From positions 128,066 to 192,065 of the forward strand of contig CAYOYB010000001.1 of assembly GCA_964408085.1 (NCBI GenBank): DNA of 64,000 nucleotides, given 5' to 3'. Below the pieces are notes generated by a model. The model had not been told where the DNA came from and made no database searches. It saw only the letters and a list, made by a program, of their open reading frames with translations. The stretch's first letter is position 1; the number at the start of each line of letters is the position of its first letter. This stretch comes from an uncultured Muribaculaceae bacterium. GTDB lineage: Bacteria; Bacillota_I; Bacilli_A; RF39; UBA660. A program made the position numbers and the translations under genes. This document shows, piece by piece, positions 43,913 through 53,833 of the stretch.

Positions 43913-44302
43913 ATGCAACGAATAAAAAACCTTGAAAATTCTATATATAGGGAAAAGTATAAAGAAATCTATAAATTGATTTTTACAGCTGATATAGATA
44001 ATATTTCTGATTATTCAAATTGGATGTATAAAGGAAATAAAAATTATGTAGAAATTAATAGACCTTTATGGATAGTAATGGAAAGTAAGATTATTAATAA
44101 GCGAATTTGGATTTCTCATGAGTTTGGTAAGTTATCCTTAACAACAGCTCAATTGAATTTAGATATTGATAGTAAAGAGTACCATGATAGTTATGAGTGG
44201 TACTCTTTTACTAATCAAATAGAGCTATGTAATAAGTTGGAAGAGTTATTAAAACCTTGCTTAGAAAAGTCTTTACAAGAAGATTTAGAGATTGATAGAT
44301 AA
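43913..44302 (+). CDS. hypothetical protein
   Basis: ATG 43913. No motif recognised. Confidence 0.5.
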   Translation: MQRIKNLENSIYREKYKEIYKLIFTADIDNISDYSNWMYKGNKNYVEINRPLWIVMESKIINKRIWISHEFGKLSLTTAQLNLDIDSKEYHDSYEWYSFTNQIELCNKLEELLKPCLEKSLQEDLEIDR

Positions 44303-44319
44303 GTTAGAAAGGAAAATAT

Positions 44320-44460
44320 ATGATAATAAAAATATTAATTGTTTTAGGAATTTTGACTTTGTCATTTTTAATATTAACAATTTATTCATGTTGTATAGTA
44401 TCAGGTAGATGCTCTGAAAAAGAAGGAAGGATAGTGTATGAAAAGAATAGATTTGAATAA
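44320..44460 (+). CDS. 46-aa single-TM peptide candidate (not in ORF track)
   Basis: AGAAAGGA upstream of ATG 44320. Translation: MIIKILIVLGILTLSFLILTIYSCCIVSGRCSEKEGRIVYEKNRFE. Its 3' end overlaps the next ORF start. Confidence 0.35.
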   Translation: MIIKILIVLGILTLSFLILTIYSCCIVSGRCSEKEGRIVYEKNRFE

Positions 44461-45331
44461 GAATGGTAAAATTATTGCTTTGTATGGCACTGATGCTGTT
44501 ATAAAAAGATCTTTACCTTTTATTGAAAATCTCGAATTAAGTGGTATAGAAAGTAAAGATAGATTAATTATTCAAAAATGTATTGACGATAATAAAATAA
44601 AAGCTGATATATTATATGATGGAAACACAGTATATTCATTTGAAACAATAGTCAAAAAATATAGACAATTACAACTTGATGGTACATTATCTAAACTAAC
44701 AAAAGATATGTATCATTTCTTTATGAATGCTTGTGGTGATATTGCCCACTATGATATTAGTGGGTATCGCATTCATTATGGAGATTGTTTTAAAAGATTA
44801 GAATATGAATTTTTAGCATTCTGTCGTAATACAAGCAGATTTACTGATAGAGATAAAATCTTTAAGGAATTAAAAATTGGAGAATATTTCAAAGATAGAG
44901 AATCAATAGATATAAATAAAATTTCTCTTAATAAATTAAAGTCAATTATAGAAGAGTGTAATTGGGAAGTTTTAAAGAAAGATAATTCCTGGGTTTTGCA
45001 ATTAGATTTACACGAAGATAACAATTTTTCATTTGATGTAGATATTTCAAATAATAATACAGCAAATATTGTTAATCAAATTCAAAAATATTACAAAGAT
45101 TTTGATCAAGATAACTATATAGAAAATATATTGGAAAATAGAGAAAAGGATTCAAAGTCACCAACTATTAGAGAAATTGTAAAAAATACCAATGTAATTG
45201 CAATAATGCTATCTCGTCTTTCATCAGATATTATCTATAAAAGTAGAATTGCAGCTGAAAATGTAATGGATTCAGTAAAAAATCAGAATAAAAATAACGG
45301 TATAGATTTAGAGTTTGAACTAGAAAGGTAG
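44438..45331 (+). CDS. hypothetical protein
   Basis: ORF track. GGAAGG upstream. No motif recognised. Confidence 0.55.
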   Translation: MKRIDLNKNGKIIALYGTDAVIKRSLPFIENLELSGIESKDRLIIQKCIDDNKIKADILYDGNTVYSFETIVKKYRQLQLDGTLSKLTKDMYHFFMNACGDIAHYDISGYRIHYGDCFKRLEYEFLAFCRNTSRFTDRDKIFKELKIGEYFKDRESIDINKISLNKLKSIIEECNWEVLKKDNSWVLQLDLHEDNNFSFDVDISNNNTANIVNQIQKYYKDFDQDNYIENILENREKDSKSPTIREIVKNTNVIAIMLSRLSSDIIYKSRIAAENVMDSVKNQNKNNGIDLEFELER

Positions 45332-45341
45332 GGGATAAAAT

Positions 45342-48300
45342 ATTAATCTATATAGTGAAGTATTAAAACAAGCAAGAATTGTAGACGTATTGAACTATTA
45401 TGGATTAAATATATATCATAATAAGTGTTTATGTCCGTTTCATAATGATAATCATCCTAGTATGGTAATTAATCCAAAAAAGAATATAGCAACTTGTTTT
45501 TCTTGTCAAACAACAGGTAATGTTATATCAATAGTACAAAAATATGAAAAACTTGTTAATCATAACGATATAACAACAAATGAAGCAATTGCTAAAGTTG
45601 TGGATATATGTCATTTAAATATAGATGTATCTCATCTAAATAAAAAAAGTTATAATAATAAATACTCAGTAACTTCCAGAAAATATACTGAGGAAGAAAA
45701 AAACTTATTACAAGTTAATGAGAATTTAAACAAATTATTCACTTATAATTTAAGTGTTAGTAAAGAACCAAAAGAGTATTTATATAATAGAAAAATTGAT
45801 GATAATGATTTTAAATCTGCTAGTATGGGTTTTGTTCCTAAAGGTCAGTTATTAAAAGTATCAGAAAAAAGTGATAAGTATCCATTATCGGCGTTATTAA
45901 AATTAGGTTATCTGAAAATGAATGATCGTGGTGATATATATGAAGCATTTTCTGATAGAGTAATGATTCCAATTCACGATGAAAAAGGAAATATAGTAAC
46001 CTTTTGTGGACGAACAATCAAAGAAGAAAATCCTAAATATTTGCATACATCTGAAACTGAAATATTTAAGAAAAAAGAATTGTTATATAATTTTAACAAT
46101 GCAAAAACACTTGCATATAATAATGAACTAATTTTAGTAGAAGGTTATATGGATGTTGTTGGAGCAAAAAAAATTGGATTTGAAAATGTTGTTGCAGTTA
46201 TGGGAACAGCAATAACTCCAGAGCATTTAAGATTGATAAAAAATAATCATTCTACAATCACTTTAGCTCTTGATAATGATCAGGCAGGATTAGATGCTAT
46301 GATTAAATATATTCCAGAATTATTGCAACAGAATTTCAAAGTAAATGTTATAGATATTTCAAAAATAGGAGATTACAAAGATTTTGGGAAATTAAGTGAA
46401 GTTGGAATTTCGTACATGGAGATTCAAAAAGTTAAGACTTCTGGTTTTTCGTTTATATTAGATTATAAATATTTTAAGGATAAAGAGTTAAATGTAGAAA
46501 ATATTGCATCAGTTTATAAAGATTTAAAAAATCATAAATTAATCAATAATACCTATGATGAATCGTTATTTAAAGAATATTTATTATCAAAGACAGATTT
46601 TAGTAAAAAAGAATTGGATGAAATTATTTATCCAAAGAAGATAGAACAAAAAGAAAAATCTATAAATAATTTTACTTCTAAAGCTATGAGTAATTTTTTA
46701 TATACTGAGTTAAAATTACAAGTAGATAAATTGAATGATTCCGTATTATCTACTTATTATACTACTTATAGAAATTCGGTAGAAAATAGGTTAGTATCTA
46801 TATTTAATAAAGATCCAGATTTATATCTTAATTATAGTAATTCAACTTTGAATATAGAGTCATTATTATCAGAATTTTTAAAAGAAAATAAAGAGTATTC
46901 AGATTACGAATCTCTTAACAGATTTAAGTATAATAATGTCTTTGAAAAAACATTTATAAAAAACGCAAATGGTTCAGCAAAAATAAAATTAAAAGATACT
47001 CAAAGACAAATGGTTATAGAACAATTTGAAAATAGTCTAAGTGATCAATCTAAACTTGCGTTAGAAGAAGTTGAAGAATTATATATTATAAATAGTATTG
47101 ACGATATAGATGGAATTTTAAATTATGAGAATAATACCCTTGATTTATTTAAAGATAATTTAAAAGATAGAATGTTTTTAAACAAAGATAAAATGGATTT
47201 CTTTAAGTTTGGAAGTCTTTTTCCAAGTATAAATAAAGATTTTATTGATAATAAGTTCAAAGGTTCAACAGGGAATTTTAAAACAATCTTATTATATAAT
47301 AACTTGAATAACAAACTTAATATTGATAAAGACAATGTTATATCAGAAAAGCAAATCAAAGATAATGAAGAATCAGTCATTAAAGAAGAACCAGAAGTAA
47401 GAAATCAAATATTTAATAATGATTATTATTTTTCTATAAATAAAACATTACTCGTTCCATCACTGGAAACAGGAACACATTTTTTTGTTAGAATTCCAGG
47501 TACTGAAGCTAAAGAATATTTTTATCTTCCTAAAGAAGAATGTATTTGGTCTAAACCAGGTGAAACAATTTTTACTAAGTTAAAAGCTGGAGAATCATAT
47601 CCTATTTATAATTCTTCAGGAGAATATATATTTACTAAAAGTTTTGATGAATTAAAAGAAAAATGGGACGATAAGACAAAAGAAGAGTCAGTATCTCTGC
47701 ATTCACCAAAAAAAAAGAATTCTGAATTAGTATCTAAGGAATCCAAGATGGTATCTGTTGATGATAAAATAATATATGATAATAGTTATATTTCTCGATA
47801 TAAAGAACCATTTTGTAGAATTTATCATTCTAAAATATATTTAGAAACAGAAAAGGGATTTTATATCAAAACTGAAGATCCTAATGTATTACTATTTGCT
47901 ATAAAGAAGATATGTAATTGGACGGATAATAAAGTCTATTTAATAGCTAATCCAAGAAAAGGATTATTTAATAGTGGAATATCTAAGTATAGATTACAAG
48001 GATTTAAAAAAGATTTTGAAAAGAAATTATCTTTTTCAGAAATAGATAAATATATAAAAGTGTTTTATCCAAAGGATTCTAAAAAGAGGGAAATATTAAC
48101 TCTTGAAATTCCAAAAGAAAAATGTAGTTTTAAATCCAACTATATAAAAATTCCTTTAGTAATAGATGATATAAATGGATATATTGAAGTGAATCTTATT
48201 AAGAGTAAAATTAATAAGGACAATGTAATACTAGAATTAACAAAAGAAGAACAAATTGGATTTCATAGTAGTAATGGTGAATATATCAATCATTATAATA

Positions 48301-48410
48301 GTTCTAAAATTTGTGATAGTTATAATGAGATGATATTAAATAACAAGATAATTCAAATTCCAGATAATCAAAGTATTGTTTATGACGTACCAGAAAAGGA
48401 GGCAGCATAA
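45342..48410 (+). CDS. DNA primase (CHC2 zinc finger plus Toprim) with about 600-aa C-terminal extension; probable ATT start
   Basis: CPFHNDNHPSMVINPKKNIATCFSCQTTGN. Toprim LVEGYMDVVGA ... LALDNDQAG. The in-frame N-terminal extension INLYSEVLKQARIVDVLNYYGL fits primase N-termini. AGGTAGGGGA lies 6 nt before ATT 45342. Confidence 0.8.
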   Translation: MNLYSEVLKQARIVDVLNYYGLNIYHNKCLCPFHNDNHPSMVINPKKNIATCFSCQTTGNVISIVQKYEKLVNHNDITTNEAIAKVVDICHLNIDVSHLNKKSYNNKYSVTSRKYTEEEKNLLQVNENLNKLFTYNLSVSKEPKEYLYNRKIDDNDFKSASMGFVPKGQLLKVSEKSDKYPLSALLKLGYLKMNDRGDIYEAFSDRVMIPIHDEKGNIVTFCGRTIKEENPKYLHTSETEIFKKKELLYNFNNAKTLAYNNELILVEGYMDVVGAKKIGFENVVAVMGTAITPEHLRLIKNNHSTITLALDNDQAGLDAMIKYIPELLQQNFKVNVIDISKIGDYKDFGKLSEVGISYMEIQKVKTSGFSFILDYKYFKDKELNVENIASVYKDLKNHKLINNTYDESLFKEYLLSKTDFSKKELDEIIYPKKIEQKEKSINNFTSKAMSNFLYTELKLQVDKLNDSVLSTYYTTYRNSVENRLVSIFNKDPDLYLNYSNSTLNIESLLSEFLKENKEYSDYESLNRFKYNNVFEKTFIKNANGSAKIKLKDTQRQMVIEQFENSLSDQSKLALEEVEELYIINSIDDIDGILNYENNTLDLFKDNLKDRMFLNKDKMDFFKFGSLFPSINKDFIDNKFKGSTGNFKTILLYNNLNNKLNIDKDNVISEKQIKDNEESVIKEEPEVRNQIFNNDYYFSINKTLLVPSLETGTHFFVRIPGTEAKEYFYLPKEECIWSKPGETIFTKLKAGESYPIYNSSGEYIFTKSFDELKEKWDDKTKEESVSLHSPKKKNSELVSKESKMVSVDDKIIYDNSYISRYKEPFCRIYHSKIYLETEKGFYIKTEDPNVLLFAIKKICNWTDNKVYLIANPRKGLFNSGISKYRLQGFKKDFEKKLSFSEIDKYIKVFYPKDSKKREILTLEIPKEKCSFKSNYIKIPLVIDDINGYIEVNLIKSKINKDNVILELTKEEQIGFHSSNGEYINHYNSSKICDSYNEMILNNKIIQIPDNQSIVYDVPEKEAA

Positions 48411-49624
48411 TGGATGGCAATGCTAAACATGATTTAGAACATACAGCAGAAAGAACAGTTGCTGTATCAACCAAATCTAGCAAAATTTTTACTAAATTAT
48501 TTGGCAAATTATTAATAAAAGCAAATCGCTATTATCAAAAGCATTTTTCTTCATCTATGAAAGCGCTAAGGAATGATGGTTCAACTAAGGAATTATGCGT
48601 ATCACCACCATTAACAAGAGCTGAGGTAAAGCAAATAATAACAGCTTGTCGTGAGAATAATATTTTAATGGGAATTAAGAAAATGGATCCTAATGGTGAA
48701 GAAGGAAAAAATCAATCACTTCATAAGCAAGAGAAACTTGCTAAAAATGAAATTAAATACAAAAAATGGGATGAGAGGCGTAAATCTACTTCTAAAATAA
48801 AAATTTTAAATAGATATTGTAAATCTCAAGCAGATAAATATAAAAAATTATCTATCCAGGATGAAAATAAAAATTCTGAAGAAAATTATGTTATTATCTT
48901 TAATAAAAGTAGAATGGGTTTCTTTAATGAACAACTTGCAAAGATACCACCAAATAGAGTTAAACAAAATGCAAAAAGTGATATTGAAGACATCAATAAG
49001 GATGGTATTATTGATGAACGTGATATTGAACCTATGTTATCAAGGGGTATGAATTTAACAGTTAATGATTTAAATAGAATTGGAGAAGATTTTGGTTCAT
49101 GCCCAGTTAGAGATTATCAAAAAAATTATTGCATCCAGAAAATAACTAAGGAAGAGTATTGTGAAATAAGAGAACAATTATTTGAACTTCCAAGTCATGG
49201 AGCTTGTGTATTAAATGAAAATGAAATGATAATTGCTGTTCGCTCAGAAGACTTAGAAGAATATAAAGATTATGCTCCTGATAGACCTATCAAAGAATAT
49301 GGAGTATCTGGTGGTAGAGAAATAGAAAGTGAATCAAATAATAATGATATCATTGAATTAGAGATTGAAGATTTTAGAAAATATAAGCAATTTAAAGAAA
49401 CTTATTCTTCTAAGGATTACGTTGCTAGATATAATCCCAATGGTAAAATAACAATATTAGCAAAAGAAACTGATACTCAACAATTAGTTGAAGATAATAA
49501 AAAAAAATCGAAAACGGCAGATTTAGTAAACGAGGCAAATGAATTTGCTGAACAAAATAAGGATATTCAAGTTCCAGAAAATAATATTTTGGAACAGGAA
49601 GAAGAATTAGAAATTGATAATTAA
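48410..49624 (+). CDS. PcfB-like (DUF3801-type) conjugation accessory protein with long C-terminal extension
   Basis: AGGAGG RBS and TAATG overlap with the primase. N-terminal third resembles DUF3801 as I recall it (...LTRAEVKQIITACRENNILMGIKK...NYVIIFNKSRMGFFNEQL). Sits just upstream of the coupling protein, as pcfB does. Confidence 0.45.
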   Translation: MDGNAKHDLEHTAERTVAVSTKSSKIFTKLFGKLLIKANRYYQKHFSSSMKALRNDGSTKELCVSPPLTRAEVKQIITACRENNILMGIKKMDPNGEEGKNQSLHKQEKLAKNEIKYKKWDERRKSTSKIKILNRYCKSQADKYKKLSIQDENKNSEENYVIIFNKSRMGFFNEQLAKIPPNRVKQNAKSDIEDINKDGIIDERDIEPMLSRGMNLTVNDLNRIGEDFGSCPVRDYQKNYCIQKITKEEYCEIREQLFELPSHGACVLNENEMIIAVRSEDLEEYKDYAPDRPIKEYGVSGGREIESESNNNDIIELEIEDFRKYKQFKETYSSKDYVARYNPNGKITILAKETDTQQLVEDNKKKSKTADLVNEANEFAEQNKDIQVPENNILEQEEELEIDN

Positions 49625-51554
49625 ACGTAATAAAAATAGTAGTATTTTAATTACAATATTGATTATTTTAATTGCCTCATATTATACATTAAGAGTATGT
49701 AGTTTATCAGAAGTGGCTGGTAAATTTGAATTTGAGCATTTAACAGAAGCATTGGATAAAATCCATATTATAACTACTCCTGTAATAATTAATATAAAAA
49801 CTATCACTACATCGTTATTTGTTGGTGTTTTTTGTTGGTTAATTATTCAAACAATTATGAATCAAAATAAAAAAAATCTCCAGGAAGATACGTATGGTAG
49901 TGCAGAATGGGAAAGTTCAAAAGCAGTAAAACCATATTGTGAGAAAAATTTAGAAAGAAATCAGATTTTTACATCAACTGAAATGTTTTCAAAAAATATG
50001 AAAATATCTAAAAGAAACAGGCATTTAATGCTTATTGGTAGACCAGGTTGTGGGAAAAGTCGATTCTATTTTAAGGTTAATTTGTTGAATGCTAATGGAG
50101 AAACTTTTGTTGTCACAGACCCTAAGGGAGAATTAGTCAGAGATTGTGGAATGTCCTTGATTAATCTTGGATATGATATACGTGTTTTAAACTTAGTAGA
50201 TAAATCAAAATCTGATCACTTCAATCCACTTTTGTATATCAAAAAGATAAATAAATTAAATGATAAAGCAGAAAACCAAGAATGGATAGCTGAAGATGAT
50301 GTAATGACCTTGATTAATACTTTAATGTTAAATACGAAATCTGAAACGATTGAAACAAATACTGGAGATCCATTTTGGGAAAAATCGGAAGCATTATTCC
50401 TTCAAGCCATTATTTATTATATAATTTTTAATTATGAAGACAAGGATAAAAATTTTAAAACTGTTTTGGAACTGATAAGATACGCTGAACCAGATAAAGA
50501 AGGAAATTCTAAACTAGGAGATATGTTTAAGGTATGGGAAACAAAAGATCCAAATAATATTGGAATAAAGCAATGGAAGCATTTTAAAGTATCTGCATCA
50601 TCTCCAAAGATGATGAGCACGATAATTATGACAGCATCAGCTCGACTTGCTCCATTTAATATATCTGAAATAGAGTCAATGACTGTTGATGATACTATGG
50701 AATTAAATCGTATTGGTGGAAAAGGTGATGAAGGAAAAATTGCCTATTTTATAATTAATAGTCCAAACGATTCAACTTTCAATTTTATGGCAAGTATTTT
50801 ATATACTCAAATATTTTCTATTATAGATGCAAATGCAACTAAAAACAACGGTTCATTAGCTACACCTTGTCAAATATTTTGTGATGAATGGGCTCAGCTA
50901 GGAGTTATACCACGATATTTAGAAAATTTAGCATACGTTCGTGGGCTTAATTGTGGTATTACCACTTGCTTACAATCATTATCTCAGCTAAAGAAAGTTT
51001 ATAAAGATAACTGGGAAACAGCACTCGATTGTTGTGATTATGTCTTGTTTATGGGTTCACGTAGTAAGGAAACATTAGAATATATTTCATCTATGTTAGG
51101 TAAAAAAACTTGGTATAAAAAATCTTCAGGGCGTACTTATTCTCGCCAGGGTTCATCATCATATAACTGGGATATTGTTGGTCGTGAGTTGGCTTTTGTA
51201 GATGAATTAGCTAGAATGGAAAGTGGATATGGAATTTTATTAGTTGCAGGTATGCGACCGTTTTATTCTAAATTATATGATTTAACTAAACATCCAAGAT
51301 ATAGTGAATTATTTGAAAGTTGGAATGAAAAAGAAACTATAAATAATCGTTATGATCATTCCATGGAGAGAGGTAGGAGTAAGGACAATAGAAGAAAGCA
51401 AAAGATGTTCAGAGATTTAGGATTAGGTTTTGTTAAAGTTAAACCAGAATTTAAAGCAAGAGATTTAACTCAATATGAAGAACATCAGTTTAGCAAAGAT
51501 ACCATTCTTCTCTCTTCTAAAAGTTTGACAGATGAATTATTAGATAATTTATAG
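49614..51554 (+). CDS. type IV secretion coupling protein (VirD4/TraG/PcfC family)
   Basis: Two N-terminal TM helices. Walker A LIGRPGCGKS. Walker B IFCDEWAQLG. Confidence 0.85.
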   Translation: MIIKRNKNSSILITILIILIASYYTLRVCSLSEVAGKFEFEHLTEALDKIHIITTPVIINIKTITTSLFVGVFCWLIIQTIMNQNKKNLQEDTYGSAEWESSKAVKPYCEKNLERNQIFTSTEMFSKNMKISKRNRHLMLIGRPGCGKSRFYFKVNLLNANGETFVVTDPKGELVRDCGMSLINLGYDIRVLNLVDKSKSDHFNPLLYIKKINKLNDKAENQEWIAEDDVMTLINTLMLNTKSETIETNTGDPFWEKSEALFLQAIIYYIIFNYEDKDKNFKTVLELIRYAEPDKEGNSKLGDMFKVWETKDPNNIGIKQWKHFKVSASSPKMMSTIIMTASARLAPFNISEIESMTVDDTMELNRIGGKGDEGKIAYFIINSPNDSTFNFMASILYTQIFSIIDANATKNNGSLATPCQIFCDEWAQLGVIPRYLENLAYVRGLNCGITTCLQSLSQLKKVYKDNWETALDCCDYVLFMGSRSKETLEYISSMLGKKTWYKKSSGRTYSRQGSSSYNWDIVGRELAFVDELARMESGYGILLVAGMRPFYSKLYDLTKHPRYSELFESWNEKETINNRYDHSMERGRSKDNRRKQKMFRDLGLGFVKVKPEFKARDLTQYEEHQFSKDTILLSSKSLTDELLDNL

Positions 51555-51607
51555 GCACAATTCCAGAAATATGTTATAATTAAATAAATAATACAGGAGG
51601 TGAAACA

Positions 51608-51883
51608 ATGAAAAAATCAGAAATGATCGAATCACTAGCAAATGCTACTGGATTATCTAAAGCAGATAGTACAAAGGCATTTAATGAAGTATTTGAAATG
51701 ATTAAAGGTGAACTTGCAAAGGGGAATAATGTTGCAGTATCAGGATTTGGAACTTTTAAAGTTTCAAACAGAGCAGCTAGAACTGCTAGAAATCCAAAAA
51801 CTGGAGCAGCAATTCAAGTTCCAGCTAGTAAAGCTGTAAAATTCCAAGTTAGTTCTGAATTAAAAAGAATTGTTAATGAATAG
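51608..51883 (+). CDS. HU-family DNA-binding protein
   Basis: MKKSEMIESLA...VSGFGTFKVSNRAARTARNPKTGAAIQVPASKAVKF is a canonical HU/IHF arm. Confidence 0.92.
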   Translation: MKKSEMIESLANATGLSKADSTKAFNEVFEMIKGELAKGNNVAVSGFGTFKVSNRAARTARNPKTGAAIQVPASKAVKFQVSSELKRIVNE

Positions 51884-51898
51884 ATTTAATTGATAGAT

Positions 51899-51932
51899 AT
51901 TAGTACATTAGTTGTACTAATTTTTTGTTTTT
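51899..51932 (+). terminator. terminator 1 after the HU gene
   Basis: attagtaca-ttagt-tgtactaat followed by TTTTTGTTTTTT. Confidence 0.7.
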
Positions 51933-51956
51933 TAGAATATCGTCTGTAGTAAATGA

Positions 51957-51985
51957 ATTAGCAAAAATTATTGCTAATTTTTTTT
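51957..51985 (+). terminator. terminator 2 (tandem)
   Basis: attagcaa-aaatta-ttgctaat followed by TTTTTTT. Confidence 0.6.
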
Positions 51986-52011
51986 ATACTGTAAGTTTAC
52001 ACTAGTAAACT
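51983..52011 (+). promoter_or_regulatory. promoter candidate overlapped by operator-like motif copy S5 (51995-52010)
   Basis: TTTATA, 17 nt spacer, TAAACT. gtttacactagtaaac fills the spacer and -10. Confidence 0.5.
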
Positions 52012-52035
52012 GCAAAAATAGAAAAGGAGAAAATT

Positions 52036-52362
52036 ATGAAAAAAAATAATTTAGTGGTGAGATTTAAACAAGCAGGGAAAAAGGTAGTAAGTCTAATGAA
52101 TATCGTTTTTTGTGGTTTTATTTTAAGTATGAACAGTGTTCATGCTGAAGGAAGTAATACAAGTAGCATCGATGGATTCATAACTTTTATATGTGATTGG
52201 TTATTAAAAATCGGTGGAGTAGTTGCTTTGATTGGTGCAGTTATGTTTGCACTAGGTTGGCAACGTGACGATGCCGAAGGTAAGAGTCGTGGTCTTATGA
52301 CAATGATGGCAGGATTTATGGTAATAGCTATTAGTCAATCTAAAGGTTTATTTGGTTTATAA
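52036..52362 (+). CDS. Maff2-family small conjugative membrane protein (pilin/VirB2-like candidate)
   Basis: Signal/TM, then IGGVVALIGAVMFALGWQRDDAEGKSRGLMTMMAGFMVIAI, the two-helix Maff2 pattern as I recall it. Confidence 0.55.
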   Translation: MKKNNLVVRFKQAGKKVVSLMNIVFCGFILSMNSVHAEGSNTSSIDGFITFICDWLLKIGGVVALIGAVMFALGWQRDDAEGKSRGLMTMMAGFMVIAISQSKGLFGL

Positions 52363-52387
52363 AATCTAAAAAAAGGAGGATTTACAA

Positions 52388-53206
52388 GTGGCAGGATTTA
52401 TTGAAAATCTATTTAGAATATCCTTCAGAGTTTTAGGATTCAAGATAGATATTAGCGACTTCGTTGGCACGATTCGCAATTTATGTAATTGGAATACTGT
52501 GACAAAAACAACTATATGGTCACTGGCATCTAGTATCCATTCAATTATTGTACCTATAGGATTAAGTTTATTAACTCTCTTCTTTTTAATAGATTTGACA
52601 AAAAAAGCAATGGATTATGAGCGTATGAGTTGGGAACGAATAGTATTTACATTTATTCGTTTCCTAATTTTTAAAATGTTAATAGAAAATTCATTCCAAT
52701 TGCTTTCATCAATAATGAATATTGCAAATGAGATTCTTACAAAAGTCACTAGTTCTATGTCGACAGCAATATCACTACCTAATTTAGCAACACAAATGGG
52801 TGATCTAGTAAGAAATGCAGGGGGATTTATTGATAGAGGGTTTATGGGAGTTATTATCTTAATTTTATATATACCATTTATGGGTACTTTGATAGGCGTG
52901 TTAGTTCAAGTATTTTTACGTATTGGTAAATTGATTTTAAGTTTTGCATTTTCTCCAATTCCAATAGCTGTGGGCACTTGGGAAGATGGTCAAAACGTTT
53001 GCAGAAGATTTATAATGTCTACTATTGCTCTTGGAATAGAGGCATCAATGATTGTTGTTTCCACAGCAATATATTCATTAGCATTATCAACATTAACAGA
53101 TGCAGGTTCTATAAGTTCACTTATAGCGATAATGTTCTTGAATGGATTTTTAATGGCTATGATTTCTATGACTAGTACAATGGCAGAAAGGTGGGTGGGT
53201 GCATAA
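52388..53206 (+). CDS. VirB6-like polytopic conjugal transfer membrane protein
   Basis: GTG start with AGGAGG. About 6 TM. Lies between the Maff2 and PrgI/VirB4 genes. Confidence 0.6.
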   Translation: MAGFIENLFRISFRVLGFKIDISDFVGTIRNLCNWNTVTKTTIWSLASSIHSIIVPIGLSLLTLFFLIDLTKKAMDYERMSWERIVFTFIRFLIFKMLIENSFQLLSSIMNIANEILTKVTSSMSTAISLPNLATQMGDLVRNAGGFIDRGFMGVIILILYIPFMGTLIGVLVQVFLRIGKLILSFAFSPIPIAVGTWEDGQNVCRRFIMSTIALGIEASMIVVSTAIYSLALSTLTDAGSISSLIAIMFLNGFLMAMISMTSTMAERWVGA

Positions 53207-53832
53207 TGGATCGAATTGAACCTAGGATTCACGATGAAATAAAAGATTACAAAGAAAAATTTTATAATTTTACATTAAGACAATGGATTTTTGGAATTCT
53301 TATTATTATAACCACAGTGCCTTTATACTTGATTTTATCACCAAAGATAGGCAGTGATATTACAGGATGGGTAGTTATTATAATTGCAATTCCTATTGGT
53401 TTTTTTGGATTTGTACCAATACAAGGATTAAATGCTGAAAGAATAATTTTTTATTGGAAACGTAATTACATTAATTTTGCTAAACCAATACTTTATAAAA
53501 CTGAAGCAGAATTGCTATTAGAAAAATCAAAAGGTAATCGTAGTAAAAAATCTAATTTAAAAGTATCAAAAAAGGAATATAAGAACGATAAAAAGAACGA
53601 AAAAATAAGGTTAAAGAATCAAAAAAAGGAGCGTAATAAACAAAGGGAACTTTCAAGAGCAAAAAAGAAGTTTGGAATTAATACATTAGAAACAACTACT
53701 AGTGATTTTTCATTAAGTCCAGAGGAAGCACAAATATTACTGAAACTTGCAAAACAAGTTGTGGGAAAGGATAATGGTCAGATAAATGAACAAGAAAAAG
53801 AAACAGAACAAAAAGAATGCAAAGAAGAATAA
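53206..53832 (+). CDS. PrgI/TcpE-family conjugation membrane protein with Lys-rich tail
   Basis: ATG 53206 overlaps the previous stop (TAATG). FTLRQWIFGILIIITTVPLYLIL plus a second TM. Directly upstream of VirB4. Confidence 0.6.
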   Translation: MDRIEPRIHDEIKDYKEKFYNFTLRQWIFGILIIITTVPLYLILSPKIGSDITGWVVIIIAIPIGFFGFVPIQGLNAERIIFYWKRNYINFAKPILYKTEAELLLEKSKGNRSKKSNLKVSKKEYKNDKKNEKIRLKNQKKERNKQRELSRAKKKFGINTLETTTSDFSLSPEEAQILLKLAKQVVGKDNGQINEQEKETEQKECKEE

Positions 53833-53833
53833 A

